Below are positions 50,801-60,800 of a stretch of 64,000 bases of DNA, in pieces (within the stretch, counting starts at the first letter, position 1; each line of letters starts with the position of its first letter). Origin of the DNA: Vitiosangium sp. GDMCC 1.1324 (GTDB lineage: Bacteria; Myxococcota; Myxococcia; Myxococcales; Myxococcaceae). The notes under the pieces were generated by a model. That model was given only the letters and a program-made list of their open reading frames with translations. It was not told where the DNA came from and did no database searches. Location: assembly GCF_003044305.1 (NCBI RefSeq), contig NZ_PZOX01000005.1:387493-451492 (forward strand). Direction: 5' to 3'. Position numbers and translations under genes: made by a program.

Positions 50801-53800
50801 CGTACCAGGTGCCAGCGGGGCACCCTGCGCGGTGCCTTCGGAGTCGGCCACCGCCAGAACCCCGTCGAAGGTCCCGTGATACGAGCCGCTGAATATCACC
50901 ACCTTCGAGCGACCCGTGATGGCGCGTGCCAGGCGCAGCGCCACCATCACCGCTTCGGTGCCGGTGTTGTAGAAGGCAACCCGCTCGACCCCGGTGGCCT
51001 CGACGATCATCTTCGCCACTTCACCCGGCAGCGGTGTCATGGGTCCGAGCGGTGCGCCGCGGCCCAACTCCTCGACGACCGCGTCGGCGATGAACGCCGG
51101 GCGGTGCCCGAAGAGATACACTCCGAAGCCCATCGTCACGTCGACGTATGCGTTGCCATCGACATCCCAGACCCTGCCTCCTTCCGCGCGGACGACCTGG
51201 AGCGGATAGGTGATCTCCTTCCAGGAGGGCCGGAACCCGGCGACTGCACGGTTGTTGGCGACCGTCGCCCGGGTCTCCTCGGTGAGGCGCTTCGAGCCCG
51301 GCGTGCGAGCCGTGTAGTCCCGGATGAGCGTCTTCAGGAACTCGCCCTGTCGGGCCTGCAGTTCGGGATCACGCTTCGTGTTGATTCTCCGGTACGGCAC
51401 GAAGGCCGCCGGAGCCCCGGCGCGAGCCACGGGCGCGCTCACCTTTTCCCTGGCGGCGAGCACCGGAGCAGGCCGCACCGCGGGCTCCTTCCCGGCCAGC
51501 GGTGCGGGCGCGCGTGTCCCCGAGGCGTCGTCGCCACGAGCCCGCCGCAGCAGCGCGAGTTGTTCCGTGACGATCCGCTCGACACGTTCCCGAGAGCTGG
51601 CCCCGTCGCTGGGGTGACGCAACAACGCGAGCTGATCCACGACGATCCGCTCGAGCGTCCCCTGCGAGTCGGCGCCGTTCACCGCCGACTCCGCCACCAC
51701 CGGCGCGGTCACCTCCAGCGCGAGCGACGGTTCCTGCGCGGGCTCGGGCGGCAGTTCCCTGTCCAGGAACGACGCGATCTTCCTGACCGTCGACAACTCC
51801 TCGTGGAAGGAATTGACGGGGATCAGCACTCCGAAACGCTTCTCGATGACCTTCCGGAGGCCGAACAGCGCGAGCGAGTCCACCCCGAGCTGGAACAGAT
51901 CATTGTCGACGGGGATCTCGGAGGGCGGGTCGCCCGTGAACCCTCCAACCATCTCGCAGAGCTCGACGAGGATCCTGGCGTCCCGAGCTGCCGTCCCCGA
52001 AGACGCGGGGCCTCTGGACTCAACGGGCGGATGCCGTGGAACGGTCGGTGCCGCGAGCGGCGCGGCCTCCGGGGCCTGGGCCGGGGCCTCCGGTGCGAGC
52101 AACGGGCGCCTGGTGGCCGGAGCCTCGAGCCAATACCGCTCCCGCTGCCAGGGATACGCCGGGAGCGGCACCCGCCGCCCACCCGCGGGGAAGACACGCG
52201 ACCAGTCGATCCGCGCCCCCGTGGACCAGAGGCTTCCCAGCGCCTCGAGCACGCTCACCGGTTCCTCACGGCCAGCGCGCAGCGACACGATCAGCGCCGG
52301 CTCCGCGTCCGGCAGGCAGGCCGTCACCAGGCCGAGCAGCGTCGACTTCGGGCCCACCTCGACGAACGTTCCCGCTCCGGCTTCGTGCAGCGCTTTCACC
52401 CCGTCCGCGAAGCGAACCGCCTCACGCACGTGGCGCACCCAGTAGCCCGGCGTACTCACCTCGTCCGAGACCCGCTTCCCACTCAGGTTGCTGACCAGCG
52501 AAAGCGACGGTCGCCGGTAGGTGACCGACTCGGCCACGCGCTCGAACGCTTCCAGCATCGGCCCCATGAGTGGCGAGTGGAATGCGTGAGACACGCGCAA
52601 CTGCCGGGTACGCACCCCACGTGCGGCGAATGATGCGGCAATCGCGTGCACGGATTCCGCGACGCCCGCGATCACCACCTGCTCCGGCCCGTTGATCGCG
52701 GCGATCGACACCGAGGCCACATGCGATGCCAGTGCGGCGGCAACCTCGGACTCCGGAGCGGAGATGGACACCATCGCTCCACCAGCCGGCAGCGCCTGCA
52801 TGAGCCGGCCGCGAGCCGCCACCAACCGCACCGCGTCTTCGAGTGAAAACACACCTGCCACACAGGCGGCCACCAGCTCGCCGATGCTGTGACCCGCCAC
52901 CAGCTCCGGTTCCACGCCCCACGAGCGCCACAGCGCCGCGAGCGCGTACTCCAGCGCGAACAACGCCGGCTGGGTGTACGCCGTCTGGTCCAGCAACGCG
53001 GCCTCGGCGCTGCCCGGCTCGGACCACATAACCTCGCGCAACGGCCGTTCGAGCTCCCGATCGAACAGTGCAATGCACGAGTCGAGCGCCTCACGGAACG
53101 CAGGCCACGCCGCGGAGAGCCCACGACCCATTCCCGGAACCTGTGCGCCCTGCCCCGTGAACAGGAAGGCGAGCTTGCCGCGCGAGGCGTTGGCGGTGCC
53201 GCGCACCGCGCCCTGAGGGAGCTGTCCCTGCGCCGCGGCCTCCAACGCCGCCCGAAGTGTCTCGCGCGAGGTCGTCATGACCGCGAGCCGATGCTCCATG
53301 GGACTGCGTGTCGTCGCCAGGCTGAAGGCAACATCACCGAGGCCCAGCTCCGGGTGCGCATCCACGTGGTCCCGCAGCCGTGCCGCCGCGGCGCCCAGGG
53401 CCTCCGCGCTCCTGGCCGACAGCACCAGAAGCTCCGCCGGCCGCTCGGGCGCAGCGGGCGCGAGCTCCGCCGCTGGCGCTTCCTCCAGCACCACATGTGC
53501 GTTGGTGCCACTCAACCCGAAGGAGCTCACTCCCGCGAGACGCGGCCTGTCCGTCCGCGGCCAGGATACCGGCTCCGTCGCCAGGGAGAGCGCGGACCCT
53601 TCGATCTCGATGTGCGCGTTGAGCGTGCGGAAATTGAGGTTCTTCGGAATGCGCTCCTGCTTGAGCGCGAGCGCCGCCTTGATCAAGCCCGCGACACCCG
53701 CGGCGGCCTCGAGATGGCCGATGTTGGTCTTCACCGCGCCCAGCACACAGCTCGAACGATCGGGCCGCGCCGCCCCCAGCACCGCCCGGAGCGCCTCGAC

Positions 53801-54853
53801 CTCGATGGGGTCACCCAACGAGGTTCCCGTCCCGTGGGTCTCGACATAACCAATGGCCCCGGCTTCGACACGTGCGCGCTGCAAGGCCTCGCGCAGCAGC
53901 GCCTCCTGGGCCAGCACGTTGGGCGTCGTGAGCCCCGTCGACCGGCCATCCTGGTTGATGGCCGAACCGCGAATCAGCGCCCAGATCCGGTTTCCATCCC
54001 GCCGCGCGTCGCTCAATCTCTTGAGCGCGATCAGACCGCAGCCCTCCCCCCGAACAAAACCATTGGCCGAGGCATCGAAGGTCCGGCAACGACCATCGGG
54101 CGAAAGCGCCTGGGTATGCGCCAGGCCTTCCATCGTGTCGGGGGAGAGAAGCATGTTCACGCCTCCCGCCAACACCAGATCACTCTCCCGGGTGCGCAGA
54201 CTGCGACAGGCGAGATGAATGGCCACCAACGACGACGAACACGCCGTATCGACAGTCAGGCAGGGCCCCTGCAACCCCAGGGTGTAGGACAGCCGTCCGG
54301 CGGCAATGCTGAGCAGGTTGCCGGTGGTGCTGTACGCGTCCTGCTCGTCATGCGGCTGACGCGCGACGGTGTCGGCGTAGTCGCTGGAGCAGGCGCCGAC
54401 GAACACGCCGGTGCGGCTCCCTTCGAGCGACCCCGGCGGAACACCAGCGTCCTCGAGCGTTTCCCAGGCGACTTCCAGCAGCAGGCGATGCTGCGGGTCG
54501 AGCGACCGGGCCTCTCGGGGAGCAATGCCGAAAAACGCGGCGTCGAAGTGGTCCACGGCCTCGGTGAGCAGCCCCGCCCAGCGAGGCACATCCTCGCCAG
54601 GTCGGGCGCCCACCAGCGCCCAGCGCGGCTCGAGAGGCTGGACCGCGTCCCGGCCCTCCTCGAGCAACTTCCAGAACGTCTCCGGACTGTCGGCGCCGCC
54701 AGGAAAGCGACAGCCAATGCCTACGATGGCGAGCGGCTCGGTCTGCTCCTGTTCCACCTGTTCGAGAGAAGCAAGCCGCTCCTCCAGCCGCCGGATGATG
54801 ATGGCTGCCTTCTTCAACCGATCCTGCTGCGAGCTAGAGCTGGAGTTATTCAT
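44879..54853 (-). CDS. hybrid PKS/NRPS: KS-AT(malonyl)-ACP-aminotransferase-C-A[monooxygenase insert]-PCP-TE
   Basis: Domain motifs seen in the translation: KS (DTACSSS, HGTGT), AT (GHSIGE, HAFH), ACP (GVDSL), class-III PLP aminotransferase, C (HHITSDG), A core motifs A3 (YTSGSTGKPKG) to A10 (NGKVNR) with an LLM-class flavin monooxygenase between A4 and A5, PCP (GGHSL), TE (GWSTGG). ATGA overlap with the upstream PKS gene. Confidence 0.9.
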   Translation of the reverse strand: MNNSSSSSQQDRLKKAAIIIRRLEERLASLEQVEQEQTEPLAIVGIGCRFPGGADSPETFWKLLEEGRDAVQPLEPRWALVGARPGEDVPRWAGLLTEAVDHFDAAFFGIAPREARSLDPQHRLLLEVAWETLEDAGVPPGSLEGSRTGVFVGACSSDYADTVARQPHDEQDAYSTTGNLLSIAAGRLSYTLGLQGPCLTVDTACSSSLVAIHLACRSLRTRESDLVLAGGVNMLLSPDTMEGLAHTQALSPDGRCRTFDASANGFVRGEGCGLIALKRLSDARRDGNRIWALIRGSAINQDGRSTGLTTPNVLAQEALLREALQRARVEAGAIGYVETHGTGTSLGDPIEVEALRAVLGAARPDRSSCVLGAVKTNIGHLEAAAGVAGLIKAALALKQERIPKNLNFRTLNAHIEIEGSALSLATEPVSWPRTDRPRLAGVSSFGLSGTNAHVVLEEAPAAELAPAAPERPAELLVLSARSAEALGAAAARLRDHVDAHPELGLGDVAFSLATTRSPMEHRLAVMTTSRETLRAALEAAAQGQLPQGAVRGTANASRGKLAFLFTGQGAQVPGMGRGLSAAWPAFREALDSCIALFDRELERPLREVMWSEPGSAEAALLDQTAYTQPALFALEYALAALWRSWGVEPELVAGHSIGELVAACVAGVFSLEDAVRLVAARGRLMQALPAGGAMVSISAPESEVAAALASHVASVSIAAINGPEQVVIAGVAESVHAIAASFAARGVRTRQLRVSHAFHSPLMGPMLEAFERVAESVTYRRPSLSLVSNLSGKRVSDEVSTPGYWVRHVREAVRFADGVKALHEAGAGTFVEVGPKSTLLGLVTACLPDAEPALIVSLRAGREEPVSVLEALGSLWSTGARIDWSRVFPAGGRRVPLPAYPWQRERYWLEAPATRRPLLAPEAPAQAPEAAPLAAPTVPRHPPVESRGPASSGTAARDARILVELCEMVGGFTGDPPSEIPVDNDLFQLGVDSLALFGLRKVIEKRFGVLIPVNSFHEELSTVRKIASFLDRELPPEPAQEPSLALEVTAPVVAESAVNGADSQGTLERIVVDQLALLRHPSDGASSRERVERIVTEQLALLRRARGDDASGTRAPAPLAGKEPAVRPAPVLAAREKVSAPVARAGAPAAFVPYRRINTKRDPELQARQGEFLKTLIRDYTARTPGSKRLTEETRATVANNRAVAGFRPSWKEITYPLQVVRAEGGRVWDVDGNAYVDVTMGFGVYLFGHRPAFIADAVVEELGRGAPLGPMTPLPGEVAKMIVEATGVERVAFYNTGTEAVMVALRLARAITGRSKVVIFSGSYHGTFDGVLAVADSEGTAQGAPLAPGTTRGTVSDILVLEYGNPASLEAIRGCASELAAVLVEPVQSRRPDLQPRSFLHELRRITADAGAALIFDEVITGFRIGPGGAQAHFGVHADLVTYGKIIGGGLPIGIVAGTQRFMDAVDGGAWRFGDDSYPKVQNTFVAGTFCHHPLSLAAAGAVLRHLRSEGAGLQERLNERTAAIVRELNEHCERVGAPVRFVHFGSLFRIELKGDWELLYHRLLCKGVYVWEGRNLYLSTAHTDDDIRLFVTALKECIDEMMAAGFAPPPSPRLGSGDVAPTAASTPSAANDLTAVVEYPTSSIQRGLYFQCQFPDGELAYHLYGAWEIHGALDNVRLEACFREIIRRHEALRSSFVLCDDGRLVQRVHPTVPFELERAVDGDIDGWLQQFIRPFTLSSAPLFRAGLLRVAEERHVLAIDLHHITSDGTTGSIVVRELVALYKGEALPPVVKQGREHATWEREFLLSEASAAQERYWRDRLSDEVPRLELGLDFPRPAVQCFEGGEVRVRRSARLLRKRAREHGVSLYMLLFSACHTLLQRLTGQHDITIGTAQNGRQRGGFEDAVGMFVNALPVRVAVSADATFAELLAEVKRRCLEANEHQDFPLGVILQRLKGGGHGYNPFFDVMFSYEQAEERGAIQLPGLTLTERPMMRRATPYDLNLEVTEAGGELEFLFMYSGALWKQETIERYVRYFTAILEKLEGDPARPLVDVSKLRVSEISLLSAEERHQLMVEWNDTAVEYARGTCVHELFEAQVKRTPDAVALIFQKEQLTYAELNARANQLAHRLKSLGVGPEVLVAICIDRSIDMMVGLLGILKAGGAYVPLDPGYPEDRLAFMLEDSGAKVLVMGEGAPRTLAAAPVKRIRLDSDRESLARESIANPVSGVRSNHLAYILYTSGSTGKPKGTEVSHRNVVNFFAGMDERLGGDVGTWLAVTSISFDISVLELFWTLARGFRVVIQNTRQLAPTVSRSRAPKASGQADRGIDFSLFYFASAAGGDNSYEILMEGARFADQNDFTAVWTPERHFHDFGGPYPNPSVVSAAIAMATKRIQLRAGSVVIPLHNPIRVAEEWSIVDNLSNGRVALSFASGWHANDFALMPQNYAERRRLLLEGIDTVRRLWRGETLDFPGGAGQEAKVRTLPRPIQAELPYFLTAAGNPETYRLAGQRGAGLLTHLLGQDIEGLEKNLKLYREAWAEAGHPGQGHIALMMHTFVAHDEDYVRRKVPGPLAEYLRCSADLMKAALGQLAGTTSFESLSKEDMDFLLSKAVDRFFGNIGLFGTPESCLPIIDRLKAIGVDEVACLIDFGVDTRDVLANLTYLNRLRELSNEPSEAGDSIAEQIRRHRVTHLQCTPSMARMLAMDSETFEALHGLRMLMLGGEALPPALVKDLSSLPCEIHNMYGPTETTIWSSTARVESDAAITIGKPIANTQFYILDSNRQLVPAGVTGELYIGGEGVARGYHNRPTLTSERFLPDSFSTHPGARMYRTGDQACFLPNGDVKFFGRADQQLKIRGHRIEAEEIERNLTEHESIQDAVVVARDDDSGDKRLIAYMTSTVPGKVRPSSEEIAAFLKKRLPSPMIPSAFVLLDEFPRTANGKVNRAALPALENLQSTTSKYVAPRTPTEVRLTRIWEELLQRRPIGVQDSFFDLGGHSLLAVRLMARIRKEFAQDFHISSLLTGDTIESLAMVLGEGRPPAAPQTPLIALREGGSAAPLFLMHPTGGDVNCYVPLANRLGEGRPIYALRAAGLGDSDTETLEKRVAKYIEQIRSVQERGPYLLGGWSTGGIFAYEMARQLRESGESVEHLILIDSWTPEAYHYCSDDVGILLWFAADVGGAELVARLDRLLLEEMTPEDRLRHVHEQARAAGEKDLDLTAFSRMFGDFERNARAILGYAPKPCSLKMTTLRAREELLSGLPAASSSVAGLQPAWERLVQGPFESIEVSGSHSTMLREPHLGELVDRLQSVLDSTGAARSAEQARG
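44954..45706 (-). other. thioesterase domain (approx.)
   Basis: GWSTGG within an alpha/beta-hydrolase context. Confidence 0.7.
45749..45961 (-). other. PCP (approx.)
   Basis: FFDLGGHSLLAVRL. Confidence 0.65.
45974..48571 (-). other. NRPS adenylation domain interrupted by LLM-class flavin monooxygenase (MOx ~46889..47881) (approx.)
   Basis: A3 YTSGSTGKPKG and A4 FDISVLE lie upstream. The insert FSLFYFASAAGG...IDFG is luciferase-like. A5 NMYGPTE, A6 GELYIGG, A7 YRTGD and A8 GRADQQLKIRGHRIE lie downstream. Confidence 0.75.
48659..49936 (-). other. NRPS condensation domain (approx.)
   Basis: HHITSDGTTGS. Confidence 0.7.
50039..51376 (-). other. PLP-dependent class III aminotransferase (AMT) domain (approx.)
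   Basis: GSE-aminotransferase-like motifs (DVTMGFGVYLFGH; FDEVITGFRIG; TYGKIIGGG, the Lys region). Arrangement is like MycA/McyE AMT domains. Confidence 0.7.
51749..51976 (-). other. ACP (approx.)
   Basis: LFQLGVDSLALFGL. Confidence 0.6.
52214..53161 (-). other. AT domain, malonyl-type (approx.)
   Basis: GHSIGELVAACVAG; HAFHSPLM. Confidence 0.7.
53474..54742 (-). other. KS domain (approx.)
   Basis: GIGCRFPGG...DTACSSSLVA...ETHGTGTSLGD...NIGH. Confidence 0.7.
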
Positions 54854-57800
54854 GCGAGCACCTCGAACTTCTCGTCGATCAGTCGCGCCAACTCCGCCTG
54901 CGACATGTCCTCGACCTCATTGGAAGAATCAGTGTGGGTCGGCGATGACTTCGCGGGGGGTTCCTCGCGTACTCCACGAGCCAGGTGCCCGCTCAGTGCC
55001 ACCACGGTGGGGTAGGTCCACAAGAGGCTCGCCGGTGCGCGAATGCCCAGCGCGGCCTCGATACGGTTGCGCAACTCCAGACCCATCAGCGAGTCCATGC
55101 CCAGGCTGGAGAGAGGAGCCGCGACGTCGATCTTCCCTTCGGGGATGCGCAGCACCTGCGAGACCTGCCCCCGGAGGAATTCCTGGAACAGCAACGCTCT
55201 CGCGCCCGGCTCGGCAGCGGCAATCCGTTCGAGCAGGTTCCTGTCCCCGACGGGCCGTCCGGCCCGCTGCTCGGCCATCAGCCGCGACAACATCCGCGAG
55301 GACGCCGCCGCCTGGTTGAACCCCACCCACTGCCGCAGATCAAGCGGCACCACTCCCACCTGCGCACGGTCGCTGTCCAGCAGGCGCGCCAGCACGGACA
55401 GGCCCTCGGCGGGGGTGAGACTCTTCATTCCACGAGAGGCCAGCCGCGCACCGCGGCCATCCTGCGCGGCGGCCAGACCCACCTCCGAGAACGCGCTCCA
55501 GTCGATGCTCAGCGCCGACAGGCCCTGCGCCCTTCGGTGGTGAGCCAGCGCATCCATGAAGGCATTGGCGGCGGCGTAGTTGCCCTGACCCGCCGAGCCC
55601 ATGAGGCCCGCCACCGAGGCGTGCATCACGAAGAAGTCCAGCGGCGCCTCCCGGGTGAGCTCGTGCAGGTGCAAGGAGCCCTGGACCTTGGGCGCCATGA
55701 CCTTGCGCAAGCGCGTCGGGTCCTGTTGCTGCAACATTCCGTCGTCCAACAGCCCCGCGGCGTGGACGACCCCGCGCAGCGGCATCCCCGACGCGACCAC
55801 CTCGTCGAGAACCCGCACGAGCTGCGCCCGATCGGCGACGTCGGCTTTCGCCACCGTCACACGGACGCCCCGGGCGGAGAGCGCGTCGACAGCGGTCTTC
55901 TGCTCCGGGCTCGCGGCCCCCGACCGGCCCATCAGCACGAGGTGGCCGGCCCCCTGCTCCGCCAACCACCCGGCCACGCTCAGACCGAGTCCGCCCAGAC
56001 CGCCGGTCACGAGGTAGGAGCTGTCGCGGCGAATCGTGGCGCGGGACTCCGCCGGCACGCGGACCCGGACCTCCGGATCCTCCAACATGAGCACGAGCTT
56101 CCCGAGATGCTGCGCCTGCGCCATCTTCCGGAACGCATCGGCGACCTGGGAGATCGGCAGGGTCGCGATGGGCGGAGGAGTGAACGCACCCGCGGAGATC
56201 AGGCCGAGCATTTCCTCGAAGAGCGCACGGACCCGCGCCGGCTGCTTGAGCATCATTCCCCGCAGGTCCACCAGCGAGAACGACAGGTTGCGCAGGAACG
56301 GCTGCAGACCAAGCCGGTTGTTCGCGTAGTAGTCGCGCTTGCCCAACTCCACGAAGCGACCGTGGTCGCGCAGGAGATTGAAGCTCTTGTTGATGAACTC
56401 GCCCGAAAGCGAGTTGAGCACGACATCCACCCCCTCGCCGCCCGTCCACTCGCGCACATCCGCGACGAACCGGTCCGAGCGGGAATCGCTCACGTACCGC
56501 ACCCCCAACGACTCCAGGTAGGCACGCTTCTCGGGCGTACCGGCCGTCGCGTAGACCTCGGCCCCTACGTGCCGCGCCCACTGCACCGCGGCCAGGCCGA
56601 CACCGCCGGTCGCCGCGTGGATCAGCACCCGCTCCCCAGGCTGCAGGCGGGCCACTCTGTCCAGGGCATACCACGCCGTCAGATACGCGATCGGCATCGC
56701 GGCCGCATCGGTCGCCGAGAGCCCCGAAGGCCGTGGCAGCACCAGCGTGGCCGACGTGGTGACGTGAGAAGCAAAGGCTCCTCCCGCCAGAGCGATCACC
56801 GGTTGGCCCACCGCGAGACCGCTCACGCCCTCGCCCACGGCGACGATACGCCCGGCGCACTCGCCCCCGAGCACCAGCGGTGCGTTGGGCTCCCCCGCCG
56901 TGTCATGAGGCATCACGCCCAGCGCCAGCAGGACGTCGAGGAAGTTGAGTCCCGCCGCCTCGACGGCGATCTGCACCTCGCCCCGACCCGGAGCGCGCCG
57001 CTCCGCGACACGGAGCGCCAGGTGATCGAGCACGCCCGGCTTGTCGATCTCCAGCCGGAAGGGCCTGTCACCCGGGGGCTCGAGCTTCTCCCGGCGCTCG
57101 GTCTCGGGCAGCCGGCGGACGAGCCGGGCCACGAGCCGCTCACCCCCACGCAACGCGACCTCCTCTTCGGCGTCGTCTCCGAGCAACTCCGCCAGCAGGG
57201 CGCCGACCTCGCCTTCCGGACGAGCCGGATCCAGGTCGACGCGACCACACCGCAGCTCCGCGTGCTCCAGGGCGATGACGCGACCCAGTCCCAGAAGCGC
57301 GGCCTGCCCCACGGAGACATCGCCGGCACCAGCGGCCTGAGCGCCGCGGGTCAACAGCCACAGACGCGGCGCATCTCTCCACCCCATACCGGCCAGGGCC
57401 TGCACCGTGTAGAGCACGCTGTCACAACCGCGAGCCAGTGCCGTCTCGATGGCGCCGGAGTCGAGCTCACGTCCCCCATCAAGGCTGCCGAGGTGCACGA
57501 CGGCCGTCGGAGCCTGTCCGCCGAAAGCATCGGCCAGGAGGGCTCGTACGCCAACGGTGCTCGTATCGTTCCCGGTCGCATGGACGACGGCATGGCCAGC
57601 CGCCTCCAGCGCCGAGCGCAACGAGTGGCCGAGTCCATCGCCCCCGCCCAGCAGCAGCCACCGACCCGCTTTGACTCTGGCGGTGGCCGGGGCCGCGGGC
57701 TCCCAGGTGAGATCCAGGAACCAGTCGTCTTCTTCCTTCCGACGCGAGCCGCCTTCCAGTCGCTGCACCACGAGCCCGGAAATCTCGGCGACCCGAGCCC

Positions 57801-60800
57801 CCGTGCTGTCGACCAGCCAGAAGTCGGCACTCCGCCGCTCGGGTGCCTGTTGCCCGGCGCTCACGCTCCGCACATGGCACCACAGCTCCCCCGAAGGCCG
57901 CTGGAACAGCCGCAGCGAGCCCAGCTCCACGGGCACCCACGGCGTCGTCTCTCCGCTGTCGGCGAGCGCGACGGCCATCACATGGAAGCACGCATCCAGC
58001 AGCGCCGGATGCAGCCGGTACGCCGCCGAGGAGCCGGCGAGCTCGGGCAGCCGCACCCGTCCCAGCGCCTCACCCTCACCTCGCCACAGCTCGGCAAGCC
58101 CCTGGAACGCCGGCCCGTACTCGAGCCCCATCCCGGTCAGTGCCGAATAGGCCGCCGCGGCGGGCACACTGGCTCCCAACCGGGCGCGCAGCGCCGCCAG
58201 ATCCAACCCCACAGGGGCCTCGGCGTGCTCCGCCCGACGCAACGTGCCGCGGGCATGGACTCGCCAGGACGCACGGCCGGCGTCCGACATCCGGCTCGCG
58301 ACCTGGAAGTGCAGCCGTCCCGGTTGTTCCTCGGTCGTCACCATCTGCACCGGCACCGCCGCATCACCCGCGAAGGCCAGCGCCTGCGCCAGCACCACGT
58401 CGGTGATCTGGAGCGGGCCATCACCCAGGTCCTCGGCCCCGGACGACAGCGCCATCTCCAGGTACGCCGCTCCCGGAAACACGACCGCCCCCTGCACCCG
58501 GTGATCACCGAGCCACGGCAGCCGCTTGAGATCCAGCGTCGTCTCCCACAGGCGCGTGCTCGTCTCGGTTGAAAGCGTCTGGGACTCACCCAGGAGCGGG
58601 TGGCCTCCTGAATGAGCGCGACGCTTGGAACCCGAGGCGCGCTCGGCCGGCACTTCGAGCCAGTACCGATCCCACTGCCAGGGATAGGTCGGCAGCGGCA
58701 CACTCTGGCCTCCCGCGGGGAACAACCGCTCCCAGGTCACCGGATAGCCCTGCACCCACAGCGCGCCCAGTGCCTCCAGCATCGACGGGCGCTCGTCCTG
58801 CCCACGCCGCAGCGAGCCCACCGCGGCCCCCTCGCGCTCCGACGCCCGCCGGATCTCCTCGACCGAAATCGTCAGGATCGGATGCGGGCTCATTTCCACG
58901 AAGAGCCCATGACCGTCGTCCAGCAGCGCTTGTACCGCTTCGGCGAAGCGCACCGGCTGTCGAAGGTTGTCCGCCCAGTAGCTCGCCCGCAGTTCCGGAC
59001 CCTCCACGGTCGCACCCGTCACCGTCGAGCGCATCGACACCGCCGCTTCCAGCGGCTCGAGCCCGCCGAGCGCGGCCAGGAGCTCCTCACGCAACGGGTC
59101 CACCTGCGGGCTGTGGCTGGCGACGTCCACCTTCACCCGTCGGCAGAACACGCCCTTCGCCTCCAGCGCCGACAGCACCTCCGAAAGCGCCGCCGGATTG
59201 CCCGACAGCACCGTCGAGCGGGGACTGTTGCTCACCGCCACGCCCAGCCGGTCTTCGTAGCCCCGGAGCGCGACCTCGGCCTCGGCCAGCGACAGCTCGA
59301 CGAGCGCCATCTCGCCCTGACCACTGATCCGCCGCAACAGGAGGCTGCGCCGGCAGATGATCGCCACGGCATCCTCGAGCGACAAGGCACCGGCCACATG
59401 CGCGGCCGCGACCTCGCCCATGCTGTGTCCCACCACCGCGTCCGGCTCCACCCCCCACGAGCGCCACAGCGCCGCGAGCGCGACCTCCAGGGCGAACAGC
59501 ACCGGCTGCACCACGTCGATGTGGTCGAGGCGCGAAACGGTCTCATCGGCGGCGAGCTCCGAGAGGAGCGACCAACCCGCTTCGGCCTGAATGGCCCGGT
59601 CGCATGCCTCCAGCGCGGCGCGGAAGACGGGCTCCTGGGCCAGGAGTTGCCGACCCATCCCCACCCACTGCGAGCCCTGGCCAGGGAATACGAAGACCAC
59701 CTTCGGCACACCGCCGGCGGAGGTGCGACCCCGCACGGCCCCCGGCGGAATCTGGCCCTGTGCCGCCGCATCGAGCGCCGCGTGCAACGCCTCGCGGGAG
59801 TTCGCCGCCACCGCGAGCCGGTGCTCCATCGGGCTACGCGTGGTCGCCAGGCTGAACGCCACTTCCCCCAGCCCCAGTTCCGGGTGCGCATCCAGGTGCG
59901 CCGCGAGCCGCCCCGCCACACCATCCAACGCCGTCGAGCTCCGGGCCGACAGCACCACGAGCTCGGACGGACGCGCGAGCAACACCGGCGCGAGCACCTC
60001 CTTCGGCGCTTCTTCCAACACCACGTGGGCGTTGGTACCGCTCAGGCCGAACGAGCTCACGCCCGCCCGCCGAGGCGAATTCCACTCCGGCCATGGCATG
60101 CTCGTGCGCGTCACGGACAACGGCAGTTCGCCCCACGAGAGCCGGGGGTTCAGTGTCTGCGCGTGGAGGTGCGCGGGGAGCCGCCCTTCCCGAAGGGACA
60201 GGACGACCTTCAGGAGCCCGGCGATTCCCGCCGCATACTCGAGATGGCCAATGTTCGTCTTCACCGACCCGAGCAGCAACGGCTCGGCGGAGGTCCGCCC
60301 GGGGCCATACACCACGTTCAGGGCTTCGGCTTCGATGGGATCGCCCAGGGGCGTACCCGTGCCATGCGCTTCGATATAACCCACCGACGACGGGGCGCAG
60401 CCCGCATCCTCCAGGGCTCGCCTCAGCACGGCTTCTTGCGCACTTCCATTCGGCACGGTCAGACCACTGCTCGCGCCGTCATGGTTGATCGCCGATCCTC
60501 GAATCAGGGCCAATACCCGGTTGCCGTCCGCACGGGCCTGACTGAGTCGCTTGAGAACAACGACAGCACACCCCTCGCCGCGCCCGTAGCCATCTGCGTC
60601 CGCCGAGAACGTCTTGCAGCGTCCATCCGTCGCCAGCGCGCGGCTCTTCGAGAGCCACACGAAGGTGCTCGGCGACAGCATCAGCGACACTCCGCCGGCC
60701 AGGGCCATGGTGCACTCCCCGGAGCGCAAACTCTGGCAGGCCTGATGAATGGCCACGAGGGAGGACGAACAGGCCGTATCCACCGCGAAGCAGGGCCCTT

